Notes under the pieces: model-generated
Told to the model about the DNA's origin: nothing
Seen by the model: only the letters and a program-made list of their open reading frames with translations
Database searches by the model: none
Made by a program: the position numbers and the translations under genes
Source: Pelomyxa schiedti
Lineage: Eukaryota; Protista; Evosea
DNA length: 64,000 nt
NCBI GenBank assembly: GCA_020536535.1
Contig: JAHLWZ010000729.1
Span: forward strand, 1 to 64,000
Reading direction: 5' to 3'
In this document: in pieces, positions 1 through 12,041 of the stretch
How the letters are laid out: each line of letters opens with the position of its first letter
Position numbering within the stretch: the stretch's first letter is position 1

Positions 1-899
1 GTGACATCGTACCTGGTTATGCATTTGAATGAAGGGTATCGTATCCAAGATGTGACACCCTGGTAAAACAGGATTTGGTTGTCATTTTCGCCAGACAATA
101 CGCCAACGGCTTGCCGTTCCCGGCACAGGTACGCGGCAGCAGCGTGTATTTTATGCACGAAATGTACCTTCAGTAAACGCGGTTAGGTTCAATCAAAAAC
201 CATCACCCTTCGTACTTCAATTCCGGCTTCCGTAAAGGCTTCGAAGACGACGAGCAACACGAAAGGGTGCGTGCCGTACAAAACAGCGGGGAAACCCCTT
301 GGGTGAGGAACGTTGCAGTGATCGCATCTTTGAGCAGTAACTGGGGCAGAGGCGGCGGCAGAGGCTGAGGAACAGGAAGTGGCTGGTGCCGCGGGTGCCC
401 TCTTGTCTTTGGGCCTTTCTAGGCGCTCCCATAACGATCTTTGGCGAGAGGGGTTGCTGGGGTCTTGTCGGGGTCCAAGAATTGGAATGCATGACATTGT
501 CAAGTAGCCGAAGACTTTCATCTGCCGCAACGCTGTGCACGTTGCATCCTTTTGCCAACAGCCATCGCAACATCCTTCTATTGGGAGAAGCACAATTGGA
601 GTCAGTGCTTTTTGCGTCATTTCTGACAGAAACGATGTGATTTTATCTTGAATGATGCCGAAGTCCGAGAAAGGACCGTTGGTGAAGGTCCAGGCAAAAA
701 TCAGGCTGGACCCGTCCACTATAACGGGGGAGACTGTGATAGGCGCAACAAAATCGTGTTCCTGCACCTCAAAATCACTAACAATCTGTTCACAACCTAT
801 GCTTGTGTGATGAGACGCACTAGTCTATAACCACTACGCTACGTCGAAACAAACAAACAAACAAACAAGAACACAAGAACCACCTCTCAACGGTAGCAT
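1..899 (-). CDS. 5' part of a PIN-fold XPG/Asteroid/FAM120-like protein (apparently intact copy, runs off the window start)
   Basis: Spliced reading MLPLRG|CEQIV...VIVDGSSL...EAGIEVRR|VHFVHKIHAAAAYLCRERQAVGVLSGEND resembles the XPG-N/XPG-I layout; the acidic EAD motif is degenerate. Confidence 0.55.
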
Positions 900-1138
900 T
901 GGTAGCAACACCGCGTACGAGCTAAAAGTAAAAAAAATGGAACTTTGATTTTTTCGGATCTCAACATATTTTTTGGGACGCATGCAGAGCACGCTACTCG
1001 TCTTAGGTCCACATAGCCTCTACGAAGTCCACATACAACCGCGGGAGTCCTTATCGTAAAACATACCCCACATAATCCCGTCCAAGCGAAACAGAAACAG
1101 AACAAAACCGATTTTCATATTTGAACCTTATGTGGGAA

Positions 1139-1210
1139 CGGCGCGTAGCTCAACGGTAGAGCGCCTGGAGAACAGGGTTAGAAGTGTCGGTTCGACTCCC
1201 ACCGTGTCCG
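1139..1210 (+). ncRNA. tRNA-like Pol III unit or tRNA pseudogene without a canonical anticodon arm
   Basis: A box TAGCTCAACGG, D arm GCTC/GAGC, B box GGTTCGACTCC, partial acceptor stem, T10 run 10 nt downstream; the anticodon region is only CCTG-GAGAA-CAGG. Confidence 0.75.
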
Positions 1211-1469
1211 TATCTCACAATTTTTTTTTTCCCCCTTTTTTGGCTGTGGTTTGGGGATGTATAATACACCCCCAAACACCACAACACCAGAGAGATCCGC
1301 TGCTGCTGCGTGCCCCACCCAAAAGTCTTTTCGCTTTGCTCAATCTTTTGGGTGGTTACCGTTTTTTGGTGTTTCCAAGCGGCCTTTAAACTTCTTAGTT
1401 TGGCATGTCTTGGTGGAAAACTGTAGCTTTTTTTTTTCCTCTTCCTTTTTGGCTCTACTCATGTTTTTT

Positions 1470-1584
1470 TTACTCTACTGTCACAGTGACCTGCACTTCA
1501 TTGTCGTCATCTGCTACTTTTGGTGGCAAAGGGGATACACGGGCACTGAAACCAGGGCCACTTGGTGTGATGGTAACCTGCTCG
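1470..1584 (-). CDS. Duplicated 3' end of the CAP-domain gene (see 37073-39308)
   Basis: EQVTITPSGPGFSARVSPLPPKVADDDNEVQVTVTVE* is the same as the C-terminus encoded at 37073-37187. Confidence 0.8.
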
Positions 1585-1684
1585 NNNNNNNNNNNNNNNN
1601 NNNNNNNNNNNNNNNNNNNNNNNNNNNNNNNNNNNNNNNNNNNNNNNNNNNNNNNNNNNNNNNNNNNNNNNNNNNNNNNNNNNN
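1585..1684. other. Assembly gap (100 N)
   Basis: Run of N. Confidence 1.
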
Positions 1685-4681
1685 CCGCCTCCCCCACGCC
1701 GCTCCCCCGACTCTGCCTCCGGCTCCAGCTCCCCTACCCCGCCCCCGCCGCCGCCGCGAGACAGCGAGGCCCCGCACCCGCCCCCGCGCGGCGCGGACTC
1801 CTCTGCCCTGGCCCAGCCGCCGTCGCTCCCTCGTCGCGGGAGCGGGGCTGCGGAGCCGGCACCCCCTTCGCTCCCACGCCGCAGTGGGGGCGATTCTTCT
1901 TCTTCCTCTGCGGCGGCACCTCCTCCGCCTCCACGAAATAGTGGGGACTCGGCGGCGCCGGCTTCTGCTAATACACCGAGGAAAAACACCTCTGAAAGTG
2001 GCGCTCCACCACCTCCTCCAAGGTCTGATTCTGAGAAAATTACCAGACCTGAGAAGTCCAGCAGGTCCGAGACACACTCTCGGCACACTGATTCCCACGG
2101 AAAACTGAGCAAAAGTGAGCACTCCCATTCCAAGTCTTCAGCTCCTGAAAAGCCACCCAAACCCGAGCTTCCAGAAAAGCCACCCAAACCAGAACTGCCG
2201 GAGAAGCCTCCCAGACCCGAGGCTCCAGAAAAGCCACCAAAGCCTGAAATCCCGGAAAAACCACCAAAGCCAGAAATACCAGAAAAGCCACCAAAGCCTG
2301 AAATTCCGGAAAAACCACCAAAGCCTGAAACACCAGAAAAGCCACCAAAGCCAGACACTCCAGAAAAGCCTCCAAAGCCTGAGCTTCCAGAAAAGCCACC
2401 AAAACCTGAAATCCCTGAAAAACCTCCTAAGCCTGAAATACCACCAAAACCTGAGCTTCCAGAGAAGCCACCAAAGCCTGAAATCCCGGAAAAGCCGCCT
2501 AAACCTGAAATACCAGAAAAACCACCAAAGCCTGACCTCCCAGAAAAACCACCAAAACCAACCCTTCCAGAGAAACCACCCAAACCAAGCCTCCCTGATA
2601 ATACAGACCCTGAGATGGCAGATCAACCAGACCCTGAGATTACTGAGACAGAAGATGTTGCTGAACAAGCACCTCCAGAGAAACCCTTAAAGCCTGAACC
2701 TCCAGAGAAACCACCCAAACCAGAACTTCCAGAAAAGCCCCTCAAACCTGACCTTCCAGAAAAGCCTCCAAGGCCTGAGCTACCAGAGAAGCCGGCCAAG
2801 CCTGATCTTCCAGAGAAACCACCGAAACCTGACCTTCCTGATAAACCTCAAGCAGAAGAACAGAGTGAAAATACTTGTAAACCAGTTCTTCCAGAAAAGC
2901 CTCCAAGACCCGAGCTTCCAACAAAGCCAGAATCTTTGCATGAAGAGTCAGAAAATCCTTCTGCTTCTGAAGTCGATACTAAAGTAGAGAGTAAAACAAA
3001 CGATCTTAACATTGCAACCCAGAAGACCGACGATAATGTCCCACAAAGTGTAAATACTGAATTGCCCTCTGACTCTTCACCTTCAGCGGAAACAGACCCA
3101 ACACAAACTCAATCAGACACAGCCGACCCCAATAACACCCTCTCGCCTGGTTCCTTTGATATCAGAAGTGAAGACGCCACCAAGACTGCAGGTGATGGGG
3201 TCGAGCAATCCAAAGAAAAGCCAACCTCTCCTTCACTTGAATCCGAACATGAAAAGACCCCTCCTGCAATGCCATCCCGCGACGGTGCTCCTCCGCCAGT
3301 TCCCTCCCGCGATGGTGCCGCACCACCAATTCCATCACGGGACGGCGCCCCACCACCCACACCGGCGCGCGATGGAGCCCCACCACCCACACCCGCACGT
3401 GATGGACCCCCGCCTACTCCAGCACGTGATACAGCAGCACCAGCATTACCCTCAAGACAAAGTTCTAAGATCACACCCAAAAGCACCCACGACCCGTCCG
3501 CCACTTCGCCGAGTCTGGTTGCTGTGGAACCTGCTCTCAACCCTGATGGAACACCATTGGAACCTGTCGAGGAAGAACCTGTCGATCCTGTGCAAGTTGA
3601 AGCCGCCATTAATATTCAACGTGTCTGGAGAGGTCACCAGGTAATCGCTTTCTCATTTTCAGATCTCACCTTCTTTAGGCACGTCTCCTGCGGAAACAAT
3701 TGTATCAAGAACGTGGCTGGTTGTTAACAGCAAACTCTACAAGAATAATGACCGGAAGTGTATGTGGTAACTTATGAAAACTATTCTAAGAAAGTATACA
3801 GGTAGCAGCTTCCAAACCAAAACTGGCAGGCCGTCGTCCACCCACTCGAGGCCACGCTAAAACCATCGTTTCCAAACCTCAGTCTGTACCAGATGTATAC
3901 TCCATTTTATGCTCATGCATTTGACTAATCAGTAATTCAGCCCGCACCACCAGCCCCTGATGATGATTCTCAGGGTGGAGCAGGCTCACAAACCTCAACA
4001 CCACGACCTCGTTACAGGGATCCAAACAACCCAATGGTGGGAATGGATGTAACTCAAGCTCTCGGCAAACTGAAGAAAGTGGATAAGCCCACTCCATCAC
4101 CTACTCCTCCACCACGGGAGGAAACATCTGGTCAGTTGTTTGGACCCCGAGGTTAATCCCACTCCATAAAACTCAATCACTCACCAAAACCCCCAACAGT
4201 TGTTACAAAACCTCATGCCAGTGCAAGTCCAAATCCCGCTCACCCAATGGCAACCGCGGCCCCTCCTGCAACAACCGCAGCTTCTTCTACAACATCCACC
4301 TCTGCTTCAGCTGCTCCTCCGCCACCCCCACCAACTCCCGCAGAAGAAATTGTGAGAATGGAAGCAGCACAGCAATCAACAGTCCGAAGGCTACTGGACA
4401 AACTGATTGGAAAACGGGCATCCCCACAGGAGCTTGTAGAGAGGAATATCCTGAAACCAGAGGACAATCCCCTTAAAGCTTCAGCAGCATCCGGCTCAAG
4501 TGCTACTACAGCATCAACAAGTCCTCAGCCTGGTGAGTCTGAGAAGGAGGCCAAGGCCAGAGTGAAACGCGAAAAGGCGGAGGCCGAAAAACGTGCAAAG
4601 GCTGAGGCCAAAGAACGCGCAAAAGCAGAGAAGGCCCGCAAGAAAAAGGAGAAGGAAGAGGCTAAGAAGAAAAAGACCTAA
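1685..4681 (+). CDS. Proline-rich actin-regulatory protein with IQ, CPI-like, WH2-like and RPEL motifs (5'-partial, multi-exon)
   Basis: Frame open from the gap to 3640; AAINIQRVWRGHQ|AR (IQ), KPKLAGRRPPTR, ALGKLKKV, LDKLIGKRASPQELVERNILK (RPEL); Lys/Glu-rich tail. Confidence 0.75.
2146..2930 (+). repeat. Coding tandem repeat, 27-bp unit (PEKPPKPEI/L)
   Basis: Many copies of CCAGAAAAGCCACCAAAGCCTGAAAT-like units. Confidence 0.95.
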
Positions 4682-4967
4682 AGTATCTGCTAGATAGGTA
4701 TTGTTCAAGCCAATCCCAATCTACCACAAGCCAAAGCCAAATCCTTTGAATGTATTTCTTCTACATACCTTTGTTGAGCACTAGCTCACCTCCTAAAACA
4801 AAGAGGACAGTGCCCTGTTGTATCAGCATTTTCCCCTTGTTTATTGCCGGGGCATTAGACTTTCTATTGCATTTTGGGTTTTCTAATTGCTGCTTCGGGG
4901 AAAAAACTTTCGAAAAATCAAAAAGCTTTGTTCGCAACAAAAAGAAAGCAAAACCAGTACAAGCCAC

Positions 4968-7900
4968 ATGCAACGGGTTCAGATCCACCCTTTAATTCAG
5001 GTCCCCGATCAACTGCCCGACAACCCCACGTACAAATTCGACAGATCTTGGTTGCTTCCTGGTACTTCTATCACCAACAGCACACCCTAAAAAAAAAATT
5101 CCGTTACCATTGAACAACACCTGCTTTCGTTATTCTCTCGTTATTTTTTTCTCGCCACTCACATAACTTTTTTGGCAAGGTCATGTGGTAAACAGATACA
5201 ATAATGTTGGTACCATGATCGTGGCCCATGTCCAACAGAAGAATTCCAACTCAGTGCCAAACAATAGCCAAGTGTGTAGAGGGTCAAATTACGACATGGC
5301 AACATGAATGGCAATAACATCGGTTTAAGGTGGTTGGCATGGCGTTCAATTTCCCTCAAATTATCACTTTTCATCAAAGTGATGTAATTCAAGTCTACAA
5401 CATTGAGTCGAAGCAATGCGACCAGTACCAGCAAGTATACTACTAACACTTGCACCAACAAATTGAATTCCCAACAGGAAAGAGACAACATGAGTGGAAC
5501 ACGTTGTGTTCTTGCCGACAACAAAGTTATCATAGGGGTGGGGATGAAGAAGCTTATGGTGTGACTACAAATCGTTACTTTTTTTTTGTTTTTTTTTATC
5601 CTCTTTAAAGATTTGGGACCGTGATACCATGCTACGAGAGGCACCCAGGTCCGTAGAGTTAGAGGGTGCTCCTGCCATAACAGTTTGATTTTCAACTTTT
5701 TTTTGTGCACCCCAATTACAGCTTTTCTCAATATAGTCAATTAATGACCAAAAATCCGCCATACTCCCAGAAAACAAGGTCCTTCTAGTGAACAATAACC
5801 CTGGAGGACACCTTTTCCAAGTTTGTATCCAATAGACACACTGAGCTGCTCATTTCCATTGTGCAGGTGTGGGATTACATCAAAGGAGAGCTGATTCTAT
5901 ATGCTGAAAATCCCAGTAAAGCTGAAACTGCTTACACCTTCACTATGTACAAGGATATTATCGTTACTAGCGTAAAAGAAACACTTCACATTTGGAACCT
6001 GGCACCAAAAGGGTTTGTAATTTCCATGTTTCATATGCTTTCCTTATGTACTGGAAGAGCTCTACATCCCGTATCTGTAAAATTTCCTGAGAGCATTGTC
6101 ACAGCTGTGCATGTTGACAAGCATTTCTTAATAGTTGGAGACAACTTTGGGAGTATATCCATGCATGGTATAGATGGACGACTTATTTATCACTTGAACA
6201 GGTTTTACCCTTTCCTTTGTGTTATGCAACTTTAATGATCCCAGAGTTAAGCACGCAAGTGAAAACACAGTTAAAGATGTGGAGCTGACCAAATTATCTG
6301 CCCTCTTCAAATCTCGGTACGAATAAGTGTATCTACCAACCGTTCACTTTTATCTTCAGTGTTAACCGTATTCAACGAGTTGGACGCTGGGTTGTCTGTG
6401 CATTTGAGAACTCCAAAGTTGAAATATTTGACATTTTCAGTGCGGTAGGTTTTATTTCATGAATCCTGTTTCATTTTCATTCATTCTTGTTCTGTAGAAC
6501 CTGAGCTCCGCCTGTGACTCTTATGTGCATCAAGTTCCTGCAGCAGTACGTGACTTTGTGCTACATGAGTCAAGAATATATTTGTCTGTGACAGTGACTG
6601 GAGACCCAAAAACTCCAGCTGCTAAGACAGCCAAACACAAACCTGAGATTGTTATTTGGCTTCCTAAATTGGAGTTTGAAGGTCAGTTCCAAGGAAAAAC
6701 GCGGATAGCTCATCATATTCAGGTTTTGAGATGTATGCAGACAACCCTGATTTAGGTGTTTGCTCAGCTATTGAGATTCTTGTCCATGTATTTCCAGAGT
6801 TGAAGCCAGTGTCGTCTTATTTTCCGTAGGGGTGCGCGAAGTTAAGAAAACTTCTACCAAAACTTGAAACGAGCATTCGCCCTGACGATCTAAAACCACT
6901 GGACAGTACCTTGGGACAAATTATACCATTAATTAATGCAGTGGACTCTGTATACTTTAAACCCAACGGCGATTTTATTTACTTTGCATCACAGCTTCAA
7001 AACCAACACGGCCTCTTGTTACCATTCTTGATTTTCCAGAAAGTTCAGGAAGACATTGATAGCTATGAAAGTTATATCCAAAAAATAAGCAGAGTAAGTG
7101 GATATTATTAGGATACATTATCCTCCCTTGAAGCTAAAGATAAATTCCCTCTGCAGCTAGGTGTTGCAGCGACAGTCCGACTCGGAAAAATCCGTGAGAG
7201 GTTGGACGAGGTGAACGGCTGCTTGCAACGCACGGTACAGATGATGATAAACACCGCGGAATTCTTGGGTGACGTAAAGAAACGTGTCGGTGTAACCAAA
7301 CCAAGTGCAGCTGAAAGTGGTACTGCTTCCGCAGAAACTGCTTCCAGGTTAATGTATGTGTAAGTCACGTTTTATTAACTGCTTGAAGTGAACTTGTCGT
7401 ACCAACAGAAGATTCAGCAGGGGCAAAATCCAAAGCATCCCTAAGGAAGAAGAAACTGGTTTGCCCCACTTCCAAAAACAGTTTTGAGTTTTGTTTTAAT
7501 TTCGGATAGGGGGCAGACGATGACGATGCCGAAGATGCCATTGATGATGTTTATTCTCTCTAATTAGTAATAACACTCACCCACAACAGTTGCTTACTGA
7601 TGTGATGGAGAGCCTGAATGGAGTATATGAGACTTTGGGAGACCAGGTGGATCATTACGATCAAGTTTGCACAGACAACACACCCGAACCAGATAAGCTT
7701 ATGCCGATGCTCAATATCTACAGCAAGCTCAAACAGGCAAGAGTTTTACCACACAAGGCTACTTCTGACCCTCAAACAGATGACGGAGGATGTGAAGGAA
7801 ACCGCGAAGACTGTTGGAGAACTGCACGGTGACGACGCCTCTGGAGAGTGGTGGGAAGGTGGAGGCAGTTATGACGAGGAGCCACCCGCACCAGCAACAA

Positions 7901-8010
7901 CAGTTGCTCCTGCAGCCTCAGCGTCCACAACAGCAAGCAGTACAACAACAGTAACAACAACAGCTACAACAACCACGATTCCCACTACATCTCCAACACA
8001 GGCTGAATAA
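4968..8010 (+). CDS. WD40/beta-propeller protein with helical C-terminal region (many introns)
   Basis: Exons IQVYNIESKQC, IWDRDT, QVWDYIKGELI, LHIWNL, VTAVHVDKHFLIVGDNFGSI; stop at 8010. Confidence 0.65.
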
Positions 8011-8111
8011 TGCTAGGGTTTGGTTATTCTAATAGAAAAGAAGCTGTGCTTATAACTAACTTTTTTCCTTACTTGTTGTAATATGGTATACAAAAAGGGT
8101 ATTGACAGTGG

Positions 8112-9635
8112 CTAACTTTTTTGTTTCAGTCCAGCGTCGTTGAGGAAGTCCGCAAAATACTGCGATATCTCATCATTAGAAGAAGGAGTAAGTACCCAGC
8201 CTTCAGCTTCATCCTAAAAAGTACTTGTTGGGTGTTATGGAAGAAGGAGAGGATCCAGACTCTTTGTGTGTGGGCTCTACACATTGGGCATGTTTCGCTC
8301 TTTTGCATCCTGAGTGGTGTTGAGTTGAGTTACATTTTAGAGTAGAGAGAAGTACCAATCATCAATGCATTGCTTGCAAAATGAGTGCGTGCACTCTAAC
8401 ACAACAGATGACTGGCGTTCCATGCATATGACACATTCATCATCTCTGTCTGGTGCTGGTGTTCTACGCGGTTGTGAGATGCACGGAGTATGAGTAGAGT
8501 GACAGTACATATTGTGTTTCGCCTCAGATTCATGGAACACTTTTATTTTGCTGTACAGTGTAATAAATTGCTTCAAAGTTAGGCTGGCACTGTTCTTGGC
8601 TTTGAATTTGAGACTGGCCTGGAGAAGCAAAAAAGAATGAGTATGGAAACGCTACATTTATGAATGTACAACAGCCCCTTACTCAGTTAGGTACCGGGGA
8701 GTCAGGGGCACCCTCTGGCAACGGAGGATAAGGGTATTTCAAGGGAGGCTCCCAGTGTGTGGTCTTGGTCGCGTGGTTAAGGTAGTATGGCTTGCTTTGC
8801 TTGGGTGCAATTCTCACCTCCCACCCTGTGGGAAGTACTGGTTTCTAGGGATGCCTAAGCACGACAATAACACAAGTACACCTCACTTTTGTTACAGATA
8901 TATGGACAAGTGACCGCCATAATCTTGGAAACATTATGTCCTTCTGATCTTTAGGCATCAACGTGAATTCAAAGACACAGTGACTGTCGTCCTGGTGATT
9001 TTTCGTTCTAAGTGAAGTAAGCAAAGGGGTGCAGGCTTGCACAACAGAAAAGCTACATGTTATTCAGCTCGTTAACCTGTTCAGCCAATTCATTGTAGGT
9101 CTTTGGAGGCCCATTATTTACAGCTAAAGAAAGGAACACCATTAGTATTTTATCCAGTGTAATGCAGGTTTTTATGCATCACTTTTTTTCGGGTGAATAC
9201 GGAAATTCCGTGTTTGGGTTGTTGTTGCGGTACATGAATAGACAAACAAACAAACAAAAAAAGAGCAGAGAGTTAGAAGGAGAAAGGGAGGGAGAGAGTA
9301 CTAGGCTAGACTAGACTATTAGTAGCAGTAACCAACACAGCACAACAGAAAACCAAACCAAACCAACCATGGGGCGCAGGTGCGGCGGAGCCAGTCGTCG
9401 AACTCGCTGCAGTTCCGCCCCCTTCCTGCTGCTGCTGTTGTTGTGCACTCTCTCCTGTGCCGCCGCCACCGCCGCCGCCGCCACCGCCACCATCACCGCC
9501 GCCGCTGTTCGTTGTTGTAGTGACCGTGGTGGTCGTGCCCGTGGCACTCGTGGTTTCTACTGTCGCACCGCTGCTCGGTGCCTCCCCGTTGTTGGTGTTG
9601 TCATCCTCTGGGGCCTTGGACGTGTCTGCTCCCAT
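8112..9635 (-). CDS. RNF141: RNF141-like RING E3 ligase with N-myristoylation motif and an inserted WW domain
   Basis: MGADTS start; [13 protein letters not shown]; ECVICME...[20 protein letters not shown]; tail EGWVLT...ISQY; WW exon [31 protein letters not shown]. Confidence 0.8.
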
Positions 9636-9908
9636 CGCGTGTTATGGAGGCTTGCCTTGGTTTTTCGTCTTCTTCCTTCGCCTCTTCTTCGGAGATTGTG
9701 CTTCGTTTCTGGAAAGAAGCGGCAGCTTTCCATCGTTCTCTCTCCGCGTGATCGCCTTGACCTTGCACCAAGCCAAGAGTGGTGCATTGAAGTTCATTGG
9801 CTCAGATTTGCCAGCAAATTGGGGGAAGAATGGGGACGGGGGTGGGATCAAAACGATAAAACAAATAAAAACCCAACGAGTGCGGCGTGACGAAGAATCG
9901 AACAAACG

Positions 9909-11844
9909 ATGGGTTGTTGGCGTCGGGGCGGTAGAAATCTGCAGTTGCTGGATGTTGTCATATGCTTGTGGGCAACTGCAGTCTTGATTCCCTCGACCTC
10001 GTGTGAGTGCCTCTCAACTGCCTGCTGTTCCACTGATTTTTAAAAATCCACTCCTTTTTGGATGACTTTTCTCAACACTTTTTCTTTTCCCCCCTCCCTC
10101 TCAGCATTTGATGACACGTGTGAATTATGTGACCCTGGATACTACTCACCACCTGGTTGTACAACTCCCGTACCATACATATTTCTTCGTAGCTTATCTG
10201 TGTTCAGAGTGCAGTCAGTCACCAAACGGTTCATGCCAACCAGGAAGTTGCAAGCCAAAAAAAGCCTGTGAACCATGTTATCCTGGCTACTCCGCACCAA
10301 ATTACGGCAGTAGTAATTGCACTGCATGTACCGCTGGGTCAGAGGCTCCAGACTATGGAACTATTAATTGTACTTTGTGCCAACCTGGATATTATAGTCG
10401 GAAAGAGGGTACCAGTGATGTAATTTCACTTGTCATTTTCGTCTTCATATAATATATGTGGTCCTCTAGTCGTAGTAACTCCATAAAACAGTGTTCGGCC
10501 TGTGATCCTGGCTACCATGCTAGTGGAGAAGGTATTGTGCTAGAGTGTTGGAATTCCCTGTTCTAACAGTCACCTCATCACACCGCAGGATCGTCGGAGT
10601 GCCTAATGTGTGGTGCTGGTCAATATGCGCCAGAGGGCTCTCCGGAATGTAGTTCTTGCTCACCAGGTTCCTACAGTGCTGCTGGCGCTGGCGCCTGCAC
10701 TGCTTGCTCCCCAGGGTAATTCCTACACCTATAGCCACAATTCTAATCAAGTCTAGGACGTACCAACCGCAGAACAGCTCAAAGCAATGCTTGGATTGCA
10801 ATCCAGGTTGGTTGACAAGAATATCCTCCATTTTGAGAAATCTATAAGATTTGCATCAGTGAGGGATACCTCAACACCATACTTCCCTCAAAACGATAAT
10901 TGTTTACACAAAATGCAGGGACCTATGCGTCAGGTAATGGCTCCACGTTATGCACGGACTGTGACCCAGGGACATACAATAATCAAACGGGGAAGTCTCA
11001 GTGCGAGTGAGTGGAAACTCCACAACGAAATTTGAAAAGATAAGTTTCCTCAACATAGAAATTGTGGCCTGGGCACATACTCTGCAATACAAGGTGCCCT
11101 TAATTGTACAAATTGTACTCCTGGGACGAGCTGTGGTATTTCAGGCTGTGCCACATGTGAATCTTGTGATGATGGTTGGTATCAATCACGTGAGGTGAAA
11201 ACTTTTGCATCCCGAATTGCACACTTAAGACCCACCAGGGACAGGCTGGTTGTTTTCCTTGTTACGCGGGGACTTATTCAAATGAAAACGAAACTGATTA
11301 CCTTTTTTGTAAGACCTGCCCTGCAGGAACCTATTCTGATGTAACGTATGCAAGGATTAAATTTTTCCTCTCTCGTCTGACATTTCCTTGCGGCCATGTA
11401 GGTATGCATCATGTGTCGACTGCAGTCCAGGGTACTATTCAGCCAAGAATGGCTCTGCTTTTTGCTCACCCTGCGCATCCGGTACAAATTCCCTCGGCTC
11501 TGCTATGTAACTAAAATAACGGCAGGGAACTATTCCAGTGACTCCGCTAGTACAAGTTGTGCAGAATGTGGAAATATGATGACTTCAGCAGAAGGAAGTG
11601 CTGTATGTAAAAAACAAATAATTTCTGAACACTACTAATTCCAAAAACAAAAAAGGGGTGCAAACCCACAGTTCAACTATGGGTTATCATATTTGCGGGA
11701 CTTGTAGTTGCGATTGGAGGCATAGGTGCAACAATGTGGCTTGTTGTGCGATACAAGAACCGGCGTGCAAAGACCACCCGCCTGATTGAGATTGAGAACA
11801 TAGTTCCATGTCCTGAGGATGGCCCTGTGTACAGGGGTGATTAA
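9909..11844 (+). CDS. Type-I membrane protein with Cys-rich CxxCxPGxY (GCC2/GCC3, ephrin-receptor-like) repeats
   Basis: N-terminal hydrophobic leader, repeated CxxCxPGxYS, TM segment LWVIIFAGLVVAIGGIGATMWLVV, short basic tail. Confidence 0.8.
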
Positions 11845-12041
11845 TAGGATCACCAAGAGCGTTTGTTACCAAACGGTTCAAATACCTTGTAACTTTCTTT
11901 TTATTTTTTCGACTAATAACAAAACCACTTTTTTTTTATCCACAGCATAGTAAATTAAGAACGGAGTTAAGAGGATTTCCTGATACTAGTATTAGAAGGC
12001 TAAATAGCCAAAAACCAACCTTGTTTCTGGGAACTTCAACA

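Larger units (their letters stand above)
1..1584. repeat. Copy 1 of a ~1.6-kb duplicated segment (copy 2 at 35512-37187); isolated contig before an N gap, either an alternative haplotype or a segmental duplication
   Basis: Both copies start GTGACATCGTACCTGGTTATGC and match up to GGTAACCTGCTCG, with near-identical flanks and several indels. Confidence 0.95.

Noticed and set aside
1507-2583. 358-aa minus-strand GGFSG-repeat ORF
   Set aside because: Antisense shadow of the PEKPPK coding repeat on the plus strand
2146-2930. Regular repeats as a possible CRISPR array
   Set aside because: Tandem in-frame units with no unique spacers, in a eukaryotic gene, with no cas genes
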